From: Azolla caroliniana
Lineage: Eukaryota > Plantae > Polypodiophyta
NCBI GenBank assembly: GCA_043228905.1
Contig: JBHGNT010000001.1
Span: forward strand, 31,682,001 to 31,746,000
DNA length: 64,000 nucleotides
Direction: 5' to 3'
Below the pieces are notes generated by a model. It was not told the origin of the DNA. It searched no databases and saw only the letters and a list, made by a program, of their open reading frames with translations. The position numbers and the translations under genes were made by a program. The first letter of the stretch is position 1. Each line of letters starts with the position of its first letter. This document shows, piece by piece, positions 39,164 through 50,300 of the stretch.

Positions 39164-40477
39164 TCACCAATAATCACCACATGAACAATACCCTTTCTTG
39201 AAGACATGAAACCTGAAGGCATCTCTCATGATGATCTCTCGCCCGGTGATATAAGCCATATACTTAGTAGCAGTATGGCAATCTCCACAAACCCTAAGGT
39301 TCTTGATAATCCTTATGGTAGTCTTGGGAGGAGTTTTGATGAATCCATAGCACATGGCAAGCTTTTCACTATGGAAATTGATGGCTCGGACCTTGGCTGC
39401 CTCATCAATATCATGAAGAACAAACCTAGTATCAGGTTCATATCCAATTAAATACATTTCCTTGATGATACGGTCAAGCTCAGCGTGAATTGCTTTCAGT
39501 TCAGGATGGTTTCGATCATTAGCCATGAAAGAGTGGATTTTCCCATTCACCTCAATTCGGCTAAGTCCGGGTTCCTTCTTGATACCTCGTTCTTCCATCA
39601 TTTTGCGGATTTTGTTCTTCTCTTCCCATCGATTGGCTACAGGTGGCGGCTTTGGGACAACACCACGTTCAACTGGTGTGATTAAAGGGACACCCCCGGG
39701 TAAGGTTGGAATCACAGCAGGTCCCACTGATGGTCTTGGAACAGCAAACAATACATTAGGAAGCCTAAAGTTGGTCTCTTTATTACTGGTCTTTCTCCCT
39801 AACGTATCCCGTTCTTTACATGTGATCCATCCTGATGGCATTCCTGCAAGCTGAGGAACTAACCTGTTGTTGTTTCCACTGATAAAGTTTATGATCTCAT
39901 CCATATATGTGGTGCTGGTGTTGTTGCCATATATTAAGTTCATAAGATCATCCACCATGCTGGAAAGCTGAGAGACTAACCCGTTGTAATTGTTGTTTCC
40001 ATGGATATAGTTCACAAGCTCGTCCATCCCAAGAGTGTCGTATATGCCGAAAAGCATCATCTGTATGTGAAAATGCACGCTTTCCATAAAAAACTGGAGC
40101 TTTTCGGAAGAATTACCTGAGAAGGAAGACGAAACATCCAAACTCCCCACGGTCTCCTTGCTTTCCACAGCTTCTTCTGCATCTGAACCTTCTTCTCCTT
40201 TAAGTAAACGAAAAGGTGCAGAGGACAATGATTTCATCATCAACGGAAGAGTAATAGCCGAGAACAAGCCTTCATGTTTCTTCTTCGTGTCTTCTGACCT
40301 ACCATCGGTCGTCGAAGAAGCCATAACCACGCCATATCTCCAGTTAGTTCTGCTTCTGGGAAGCTTCGTGCTGGGTAACGACGGAAGGCGGGAGGAGGAG
40401 GAAGAAGTAGAGATTGTAGCGATTCTTTTATCGAGAGAAGGGGAAGAATATGCGTGAGCCTTGCAGAGGGCGTCCAT
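39164..40477 (-). CDS. Intronless DYW-domain cytidine deaminase with putative plastid transit peptide and no recognisable PPR motifs (437 aa)
   Basis: C-terminus has the PG box KKEPGLSRIEVNGKIHSF, HSEKLA, KNLRVCGDCH and RDAFRFHVFKKGYCSCGDYW*. The Ser/Arg-rich N-terminus ends in VVMAS. Confidence 0.9.
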   Translation of the reverse strand: MDALCKAHAYSSPSLDKRIATISTSSSSSRLPSLPSTKLPRSRTNWRYGVVMASSTTDGRSEDTKKKHEGLFSAITLPLMMKSLSSAPFRLLKGEEGSDAEEAVESKETVGSLDVSSSFSGNSSEKLQFFMESVHFHIQMMLFGIYDTLGMDELVNYIHGNNNYNGLVSQLSSMVDDLMNLIYGNNTSTTYMDEIINFISGNNNRLVPQLAGMPSGWITCKERDTLGRKTSNKETNFRLPNVLFAVPRPSVGPAVIPTLPGGVPLITPVERGVVPKPPPVANRWEEKNKIRKMMEERGIKKEPGLSRIEVNGKIHSFMANDRNHPELKAIHAELDRIIKEMYLIGYEPDTRFVLHDIDEAAKVRAINFHSEKLAMCYGFIKTPPKTTIRIIKNLRVCGDCHTATKYMAYITGREIIMRDAFRFHVFKKGYCSCGDYW

Positions 40478-41761
40478 GGCGGTTGTGAAACAGGGGAACC
40501 CTAGCTGAGCAGAGAAAGCGAGGGGAGGAGTAGGGGTGGAAGAAACAGGGAAGATGCGAACCTCTCTCTCTTCCTTCCTTCCTTCCTTCCTTCCTTCTCC
40601 CTTCCTTATCTTTTTATCAGATATTTTGGTTTCTTTTCTTCTTCTGCTTGAGTGGCTCCTCTCTTAAAAGTTAAAACCCCAAGAAATGTATTCTTTTTTT
40701 TCTCCACATACATTACATACATACATGTTATAGGGGTTTATCACATCCAAGACGGTGGTAGGCATGTGTGTGGGTGTGCCCCACGTCCCCGACCGTTTTC
40801 CATGTGTGAAGTGTTACCACACTACCTATACGGGGACATCCCCCGTCACTCCTCTCAGTTCTAGTCATACTGACACATACAGAGCACGCATATATGCTTT
40901 CTCTGCACATCATTAGACTCCCAATGTATAAAGAAAAGAACCTTGTTCCATTGGGTTCGCAAATGATAAGCAAGAAAAGATCATTCATGCCCAAGTTGAA
41001 TCTAAGCTACAATAAAACGTAAATACTTCACGTTGTGCATTGCCCTAGTGGTTGGCTAGTTGCCATATGATATTGCAAGTTTTTTTTTTTTTTTTTCTGG
41101 CATGCGAAATAGTTTGGGAATCTTATCATGCTATTACAAAGTAGCAAAGGATAATCAAGGGATCATCATCCAATCAATGATTTTCCTTGGTCACAACTAC
41201 AAGCATATAGAGGCATGCATGAATTATTTGGCTATTAGTCAGGATTAATGCCTACATAATTTGGCCTACAAGCCCACATAGTTTTGTTTGAAATACTTAT
41301 TGTTAGTAGGGTCCGGCACAAGAATTGGAAATACAATCTTAGATTGCGCATTGATTTATAATAGACCCTTTGTGCACGAGATCTTTTACAAAGACTCTTC
41401 TATAGACACTCATTGAATATCATCAATTATATATCATATTGAGGATTAACACATTGGTGAATTGTTGGAGGGGCAAACCCCATGAAATTCAACAAATCAA
41501 TATATTCTCCCTTTACATTGGATAGGCAATCACAAGCACAAACAAAATTAATAACTTAGCAAAAGATCTATACATAAAAAAGCTATAAAAGATAGAGAAA
41601 GTTTTGCAAGACCAATATCAATGTCAAATGTGAATGCCTAATATGAGTCTCTCCTTGAACTACAATCATAAATAAGGCATTTATAATTTTATGCAGAAAT
41701 TTACTAGCTCACAAATCTGCTAAAACAATTTAATCTAAATAATTCAGTCAATAAACAAATT

Positions 41762-41903
41762 AATTTAAATCATTAATTAATGATTCACATCCTCCTAAAT
41801 GGAGAGCAAAATTACTTCTATTGAGAAACAATGTAATTTAAATCATTCACTAATGATTGGCATCCTCTTGAATGGAGTGCATAACTACTATTGAGAATAA
41901 TTT
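41762..41903. repeat. Diverged ~73-bp tandem duplication
   Basis: AATTTAAATCATT...AATGATT..CATCCTC...AATGGAG.GCA.AA..TACT..TATTGAGAA occurs twice. Confidence 0.75.
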
Positions 41904-41961
41904 AAAATTTTTAAAAGAACAAAAAAGTGTTTCATGGTTAATCCAAAAGTGTTTTAACAGG

Positions 41962-42024
41962 CTCTCGTCCAAAGGCAGTTAATTTACTCAAAGTGATCCA
42001 TCTTATACTGCCTTTGGACGAGAG
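41962..42024. repeat. Perfect 18-bp inverted repeat (hairpin)
   Basis: CTCTCGTCCAAAGGCAGT (41962-41979) and ACTGCCTTTGGACGAGAG (42007-42024), with a 27-nt loop. Confidence 0.92.
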
Positions 42025-42398
42025 ATCCCACAGCTATCTTTATTTTTTCTTAACAGAACCAGGTAGCAAGCTGAAGATTCTAAACCCTACAAAGAACATC
42101 CAGCAAAAACAGTACAAACAAACATTCTACAAAGGACATATATAGAAATATTGAGACATACTTTAGGGGGCTAGGATTTAGGCACAAAGAAAATATAATG
42201 TTAAAATATAGTTTAGGGGGTTAGGATTTAGAAATTTTTCTGCTTGCATATATATTCGCTATAGTGCAAGCCAACTAAATAACATTGTCTCTAGAAATAA
42301 CTCAGCGTGCATACATTCCTTCACATACATCTTGTACAACAGAGCTAATGCAATTTCCAATGTAAGTGCAAAACTCTAGGAACTACATTTCTTTCCTT

Positions 42399-45328
42399 CT
42401 AAACTCGTAATGGTTTTAATCCCAATTCTGCTCTCAGCTTGTTTGCCGCAGCTATTTCAGGGTCAGGATGATCAGTACCATCAGCAGCTGGCTCTTTCTT
42501 TGTTTTCTTCTTTTTCTTCTTATCTTCATCATCTCTGTCTACACGGTGTTCTCCTTCTTCAAGGACTCCACTATCATCAGCGTGATGCCTCCTCAGAGGA
42601 CTAGTACTACGATGTCTCTTCTTTCTATCAACACCTGGGGATGTTGATCTTTCTCGTTCTCTCTCTCTACTCCGAGACTTGCTGCGATGCCTATCCCTAT
42701 GTCTATCATAGTCTCTTTCTCGATCCCTCCTGTGATGATCTCGATCTCGGTCCCGATCCCTTTCCCTATAGTAATCCCTATCTTTCTCACGGTCCCTATC
42801 AGTTTAAACAAAAAATCTTGATTTTAATGTTAGTTTAGAAAAAAAAAGATATCCATTCATTAGTGTGAGCAATTTACAGAGTTTTGATTCCTAAGTGATC
42901 GGAGAGGGAACAGCCATCTTGGGGTGCTGAAAACATTTGAAATAGTATCCTTTAATTTTAAAATTGAAGCTAAGAAAATATCTCCCAACATTTTGCGTGA
43001 TTGTAGGACACAAGCCATAGAAATTGTGAGATATTCGCTGATGCACAATCACAACATATTTAGAAGAAGGTTTATTACCTGTAGTAATCCCTGTCACGGT
43101 CTCGTTCCCTAAGGGAACGGTCTCGATCACGATCACGATGGTCCCTATCTCTATCTCTTTCTCTGTCCCTCTCTCTATCTCTATCTCTGTCCCTCTCTCG
43201 GTCTCTGTCTCTATCTTTGTCCCTGTCTCTTTCTCGATCTCGGTCACGTCCCCTATCTCTATCCCTGCACAAATGGAAGCTCAGTAATGTATCCATTGAT
43301 ATCTTTTCTTAGTGCTATGAGAATAGAATGTCACCTATAATCTCTGTCTCTGTCTCTATCTCGATCTCTGTCTCTATCTCTTTGAGGACTTCTTCGTCGA
43401 TCCTGCAATTACTCATTTGATTATTTCATTACTTTACTTTGATCAGTTGTTACATTTGACCTTCACTATTCTATTTTGATCAGTTCATTTCATTATATCT
43501 TTCCATTATCCTCCTTTTACAGATATAATATACCCTTTCTAAATCGAGGTTATTCAGCGCTGCAGCTGCATCTTCCTCGTCCTCTTTCTCTTCTTCATCT
43601 TCAAAGTCATCCTCTAATGCACTACGGCGAGGCTCCAGAGCACCATTTACCTCCAAAGTCCATCTAAAATAACCAACCAGTAACATATGTTAAAAAATAT
43701 TTACCTCAAGTATTAAAAAACTCAAAACTCCCATAAAAAATGACTATAGACTTGAGCCCAATAAAGATAATACCTTTTTGGTAGGCGAGGTAGTGCAATA
43801 TCACAGCTGTAATCAGAAACTAATAGTTCATCGATGTACTCATCAACATGGGAAAGAGAGAAAGCTGAAAATTCAACAGAATGTCAAGTCCAACTTTCCA
43901 AAGGATATAAATTGTAGTTGTGTGTAATTCATGTCAAACTTACTTCCATCTGCATTCTTTCGGCGGAGCTTTCTATAGTCATTATACAAAGGTTCCAAGT
44001 ATTGATAAACATCTGTGGCTTTGCCAACCAATCTCAAGTAAAAGGCACCTAAGATTCGCACATACCTACATTACCATGAATTTATAGAATTTATGTTGCA
44101 CTCAATAATGATGCAAAACATGAATGTTTTCAGACTACTCACTTGTAATCATCATTTTTTATAAATTCTACCACTATTTCCTTCTCTGGCTGTATTTGCA
44201 GCATTTTCAATATAAGACACATGAAAGGGGTCGCCTTCCGATTACCACCAAAAGTTCCACCGAAGTGATCAATTTCCATGGCTTTATCTACCAGGGTTTC
44301 AGCTGCAACAATATACAGAAAACAGAACATAAAATAAAAACTTCTGGAACATCACAATTTCCATGAATTACACAAAATTTCTAATTTATGCAACTGAACC
44401 AGATGCATTTATGCTAAATAACTCTGTACATCACTCTGAAACAACATCATTAGCTCCTACAAGGAAAAGACTGGAGATATATACTTCAATTATTTTATCT
44501 TCCGCTTCACTATCCTCAGTTATGACTCTTCACTCACATGTATTATTTATACACCAACTTCTTGTTATTATATCTTCGAGTTATGTTGATCACTTCTTAA
44601 TAATAATGCAAACAAGCAAGAAAACAAAGAAAGAGACAAATGAATCAGGCAAATGAAGAATCAATGTAACAAACTTAGGCTTCCGATTTTACGGTGGTGC
44701 CTCTACCATATCCTGTGCCTGTTATAGTTATAGTTATAGATAAGTCGAATGTCTTTGAGAAACACTATGAAATGAAACCCCTTATAGCTGCATTGCATCT
44801 AAGAAACATCACTGCATTTTGAGGGATTTTTACCTTCAAATTCGATATTAAAAGTGATGCTCGAATAATGATGTTAAAGGTTGCACTAAACTCAGAATTT
44901 CATCAGACAGTGATATCTAAGAAGTTACAGTGCTTGAGAGAAAATCTCTCTCCCTCTGGCTGTTATGTTAGTGGTTTACACCTATAAATGAAAATGAAAA
45001 AAAATCCAAGTTTGATCTTCATCATAGGCTACCATCCATCCCATAGATCGCATTCCGTATCCTGTACACGCTAATAATCTACCTGTCTACCTCATTCACA
45101 TACACATATGGATCTTTCTTTCCTATAGTTAATGTGACATAGATTCAGCCTCAACTAACAAGAGCAAAAAAGGCAACACACAGACAAACACCACCTACCT
45201 GTGAGACCAAAGCATTGTTCTTTCCAGTAGGTGTTCTGGTAGATCTTGGAGCGCAGGATCTTCTCGACGAGGTTCTGAGGGTTCGTCCCATGGACGCTTC
45301 GCGCAGCAGGGTCTGTGCGATTCGCCAT
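42399..45328 (-). CDS. PRP38: Pre-mRNA splicing factor PRP38 (PRPF38A-like) with RD/RS-rich tail, 8 exons
   Basis: [43 protein letters not shown]|AETLVDKAM...[29 protein letters not shown]|[12 protein letters not shown]..., ending [27 protein letters not shown]. Exons ~45199-45328, 44142-44302, 43944-44065, 43774-43864, 43534-43663, 43335-43402, 43078-43264, 42399-42796. Confidence 0.96.
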
Positions 45329-45448
45329 CGCTAGCAGCTGCAGCGACCGGCTTCCCGCAGTCCCACACCAGCGGCTCTCCCACCACCACTTACAAATATG
45401 TATGTAAATACTTCCTTTTAGGTAACAAAATATATATAACTCACACAC

Positions 45449-45510
45449 AGAAAGAAAGAAAGATATATTAACGTCTTCCTTCTAAGGTCAAAATTGGCCC
45501 ATGAGACAAA
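45449..45510 (-). mobile_element. Very short LINE 3'-end stub in the PRP38 promoter region
   Basis: AGAAAGAAAGAAAGATATATTAACGTCTT is identical to 9271-9299 and is followed by AGGTCAAATTGGCCCATGAGA. Confidence 0.65.
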
Positions 45511-45586
45511 TGGTTTACAACAAAAAATGGGATATTTACCCATTCATACACCATTTATGATTTGTGTCATAATAGACACGTCAGAC

Positions 45587-45600
45587 ATACATACATACAT

Positions 45601-45654
<54 letters not shown>
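45587..45654. repeat. (ATAC)n(AC)n microsatellite
   Basis: Read directly. Confidence 0.95.
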
Positions 45655-45656
<2 letters not shown>

Positions 45657-47304
45657 TTGGTTTCCTGAGTTGGGCCAACATCGATCGAGGGGGCTCTAGT
45701 TGTCCGTCCTGACGTGTACTTGATGTAGATTGAACTTCGAACTCTGGCTTACCAACTTGGCTCTCACACCCTTGAAGCCCTTCATCACAAAAGGTCAATG
45801 CTGCGTATCATGGATTCGATTTATTAACTTTTGCCCGGATTACGTTCACCCTTTTTGCTTTGTGTGAAGAATATGGTTGGTTCCTAAATCTAGAGTCAAA
45901 CATTGTCACAAGGAAACCATGTGCTATTGTGTAAAAGCTAGGAGCATATTTACATCTATATGATCACAAGTTGAAAGAGCAAATAGGACAAGATAGCCTG
46001 AAATTTTCTCCAATATTATTCAATGTCATCCCTATAATTAATCAACTTCTAAATGGAGTGTATGCAAGAGAATCATTGAAACACAATTGTCATTATTCAT
46101 GTATCCCTTGTCAGATAATCTTAAATTAGTGCGGTATGTTATGTAACATATAAAGGCAATGATTTATTGATTATTTGACACATATTAGGTTGCTTGATTC
46201 AATTTGGAAAAGGACATTTTCCAACTTACAATGAAGACATTAGAAAAAAATTAAATGCTCACAAATAAAAGCCATAGATTATTTTTGTTATGCAAGGTTA
46301 TGATTTAACATATCAAAGAGTTTACCTAATTTCACTAAAAAAAGAAGAGCAATTAAGCATTGATATAATTGCGCAAAAAAGTTTTCATTCTCAAAGGCAT
46401 TTTGGGAATTATGCAGGTTGTTAATTTGCCATAATTCTTGGAATATACAGGCAATGTATGCATTTACAAAGATGATATAATAGCTCAAAAACTAGTGTTA
46501 CTAATGCCATTCTGGGAATTCAGCACTTTATTTATTTGACATAATTCTTAACAGGTATATAAAAGCAATATAAAGTATAGATTTTCACATGCTACCTGTC
46601 TTTCCACGTTCAAAAGATGATACAATGGCTCAGAGGTGGTATTATTGGACATATAATTACATGTCTCCTGTTTCTAATGTATAGTCTCCATGGTCTTGGA
46701 AGCCAAGTTTTGGTTTCACAACACACTGAAAACTATATTGGAATTAACATCATCAATGATTATTGAAATGGGGTTAGAGTTCCAAGATTTGGAATAGACT
46801 ACATTGTAATTGGTTGCGGTCTTCTGGTAACAAAAAGAAAAGCGTTTTAATCAGAATTATAATGGAACAATTGAGAAAAACTAATTGATACCTTAAATAC
46901 ATGAGAAAGCATTGGTTTTAAGCACTATGATACTTGATCTTTATGATTGTTGAAAAAATGATGATAGACAGTATCCACACAGCTTACCACAATCATATAC
47001 CCACCAAATTGCAAGATTGAAAAGAATCTTGATACACAATCAGATTTAAACAATTTAATGATAATAACTAGCCATAAAAATAAGGACAACATATCAATTT
47101 CATATGTTGGATCCTTTACATGGTGCATTTAACGAGGGAAAATTTCACTAGAATGTGGTTGAATATTTTAACTTGCCAATTGTATAGAAATCTAGCAAGC
47201 TTCCAAGAAAATCCCAATGAGTTTCTGGTATTTTCTTATATGTAGTTTCCTAAGCTTTTCATGGATGCAAAGAAAACTCAGCATATGAAAACTCATGTTG
47301 CATA

Positions 47305-50300
47305 TCATGGTTTTGCTTGCTTTTTGCTAAGAAGATTCATTCGCCGTTCTTCATAGGTAGCTGCATAACATTGAAAACATCAGGTGGTAAACTTATTAAT
47401 TTATTAGAAAACTTCACACTTTGCTATAATATGCTTAGTTGGATATAACAAATGTTGAACAAACTTCAGCAGTGCTTATCCAACTCACGTTCTGTTGGAC
47501 GACAAGAAAGAAGAACATGCGGAATCTTTTTCCATGTTGCCTCTTCAACATTTTCTGAACCATTAGAGATGTGAAACTGATCATAAGAATGATTGAGCAT
47601 TGCAGCCGCCAGCACACGTCCTCTAACCATGTTGTCGTAATGTAAATGAAGTGATCTTGCAGCACCTAATTATTGTTGATGCAAACATGTTATACTATGC
47701 CCCCAGATGATAGATCCATTTACTTTTAGAAATTTGTAAAAAATGTCTATGTATATAAATGTATCATGAACTTCCCAAGACACTTCCAACCCATCGAAGA
47801 ATTTACTCTTAGAAATTTGGGGGGAATATTTATTATGAGCATATGCATAACTCAGTAAATGAAATTTAATATGTAGTCTTCATTAGCACATCATTACTCA
47901 GCAACACATAATTGACATGGTTTATATTGTTTTGCAATGCTTTCTATATTTTTATGCTCTTTCTATAAATAAGGAAACTTTATCTTTTGACATTAATACA
48001 TGACTTCTCATTTCTGTTAGATATAATCATAGATTGGCCCATGCATGAAATTCGACATTCGTAATATTCAAGAATGAAAAAATGCCTCGAGAATATTATA
48101 AAACCATTCGTTTTAAATTTATATAATAAAATTTATTTAGTTCACTAAAACAATTAATTCACTAAAACATTAATTAAATCACTAAGACAATAATTAATTT
48201 ACTAACACATTAGTAATTAATTAGTTCACTAATATAATAATTAATCTACTAATACATTAATCAATTTACTATTAATTAATTAATTCAATTAAACATTAAT
48301 TAATTCACTAATACATTAATTAATTTACATACATTACTTAATTCATTAAAAAATTAATTCATTCATTGAAAAATATAAATTAATTAATTAATAATGAAAT
48401 GATACATTAATAATTATTAATTAGGGTTTCGGCTAAACTTAGGGTTTCAGTGAAACCCTGAGTTTGCAGCCGAGAACAGGATGTAGGATTAGAGTAGAGC
48501 ATGAGAGGGAGGACAGGATGCAGGCTGAAAACAAGAAATATGGTCGAAATTAGGATTTTGACTAAAATTAGGGTTTCAGCGGAAATCATAATTTTCTGGC
48601 CGAGAACAGGATGCAGAGGCAGGCAAGGGTATAAGCATGCACAGGGAACAGGGTGAGGCTCCTCGCTTGCTGCTTGCTGTTCACTCGCTCGCACATGTTT
48701 TTTTTCCACAGAAAACAAATTTTTTTTCAAAAAAGAAGAAGAAAATGAATACATTTTAATGTATTCGTATTCGCATTCGTATGCATTCGTGGGGCGAATA
48801 AGTCAATCTATGGATATAATCAATGATTAACCCCAAGTTGTGATAGCACCCCAAATGAGGAGTAGCTATTGTGCAACCTGACCATATCGATCGATAAGGT
48901 GTCAATCTAGGAAACCGTAGATGAGTAGGACAGAATGTATTTAGGAAAGAGGGAAGTAGGCTAATAGGATTGACTAATCAAGTAAGCTAGAAGAATATTT
49001 TGTGGGCAAGTTAGGATGTACTTAGTCTTGAAGTATGTGTCATTCACTTCAAGATTAGCTATCTAGCATTAGCTTGTATCTCGGGAGCCGGGTCATATTA
49101 AATGACAAGTCAGTTCACAGAAAAGGAATATCTCCACTATTGTCAACTAACTTGCACATTTAATGCTACATTGAGACCAAACAGAGAATATAATCCACTC
49201 TCTTTCTCTTACACAATGGTAGTGACTACTATTGGTCCCCACTAGTTGTGTCATGGGCTGGTCCAGATCTCATCCAAGGTCTAAGGCGTGAGCACATGGG
49301 TGGAGCATCATTGTGACCTACTATCATATGTAATAGAAAGTTTGTTTTCATAATCCATCTCTGTGATTGTAACTCTATATGCGTATATAATCGATTCTCA
49401 ATATTTCTAATTTTTTTTACTTATAGCAGCCTTAGGCATGTTGATTTATGCAAACGCTTAAATGGCTTAAAAAAGACATTTACCTGGCGAGCAATGAAAT
49501 GATATACCCTTGAACTCACAGGATTGCAAGACAAGGCCTGTTTCAGCAGCCATCACATATTGTGGCTTTCGTGATGTTTTTCTGACATCCAGTAATTCAT
49601 CAATCATCTGCACAATAACTAAAATGTGAGATTTAACATATGTGAGTGCCATATGGCATGTCTACGATCCAAACGTATTGCAAGAGTTGCATTGTTTTAT
49701 GAAGATAGAGATTACCGATGAGCTTTCCTTCTTTTGGCCAATCATGAAGAGAACAGCAACCATACACCGTACTTGATGCCACAAAAAGGCTGTCCCCTTA
49801 ACCCGGAACATCCATAAATTGGAGCCCTTCCATCTGTGATTTCACAATCAAATACTACATCAGAATAGTTAAAGTATGATATGATTGAAGATAAACAAGA
49901 ATAACACTTATAAACTTAGTTTTGATTAAGCTGAAATGCAAGAAAAAAGCACAGCAATCAATCACTTTGTCACAAACTACTGATGTTCCATGTTCACAGG
50001 TACCGAGACAAAACAATAAGCTAAATTTGAGGTAAACATATTCTCTAAAATCAATAATATAACGAAGTAAACGGTATATAACTCACTCCACACAGGGAAT
50101 AATATCAAATGATAGTATTTCACGCCTATAGTTATGAACATTATCAGCATCCATTTTGCAGAAGTTTCTGAAGTCATGCTCCCCCTTAAACTTAGCAGCA
50201 GCAACTCTCATTTCCTATATGTCATGTTGTATCAACTTGCATCACTTTCATAATGTACGGAATTTATGCATAGACAAGACATTGTATGACTTACCTCAAT

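Noticed and set aside
39164-39640. DYW domain as a U-to-C (DYW:KP) editing enzyme
   Set aside because: It has a PG-type box, canonical HSEKLA and CGDCH, and terminal DYW, which fit the C-to-U type.
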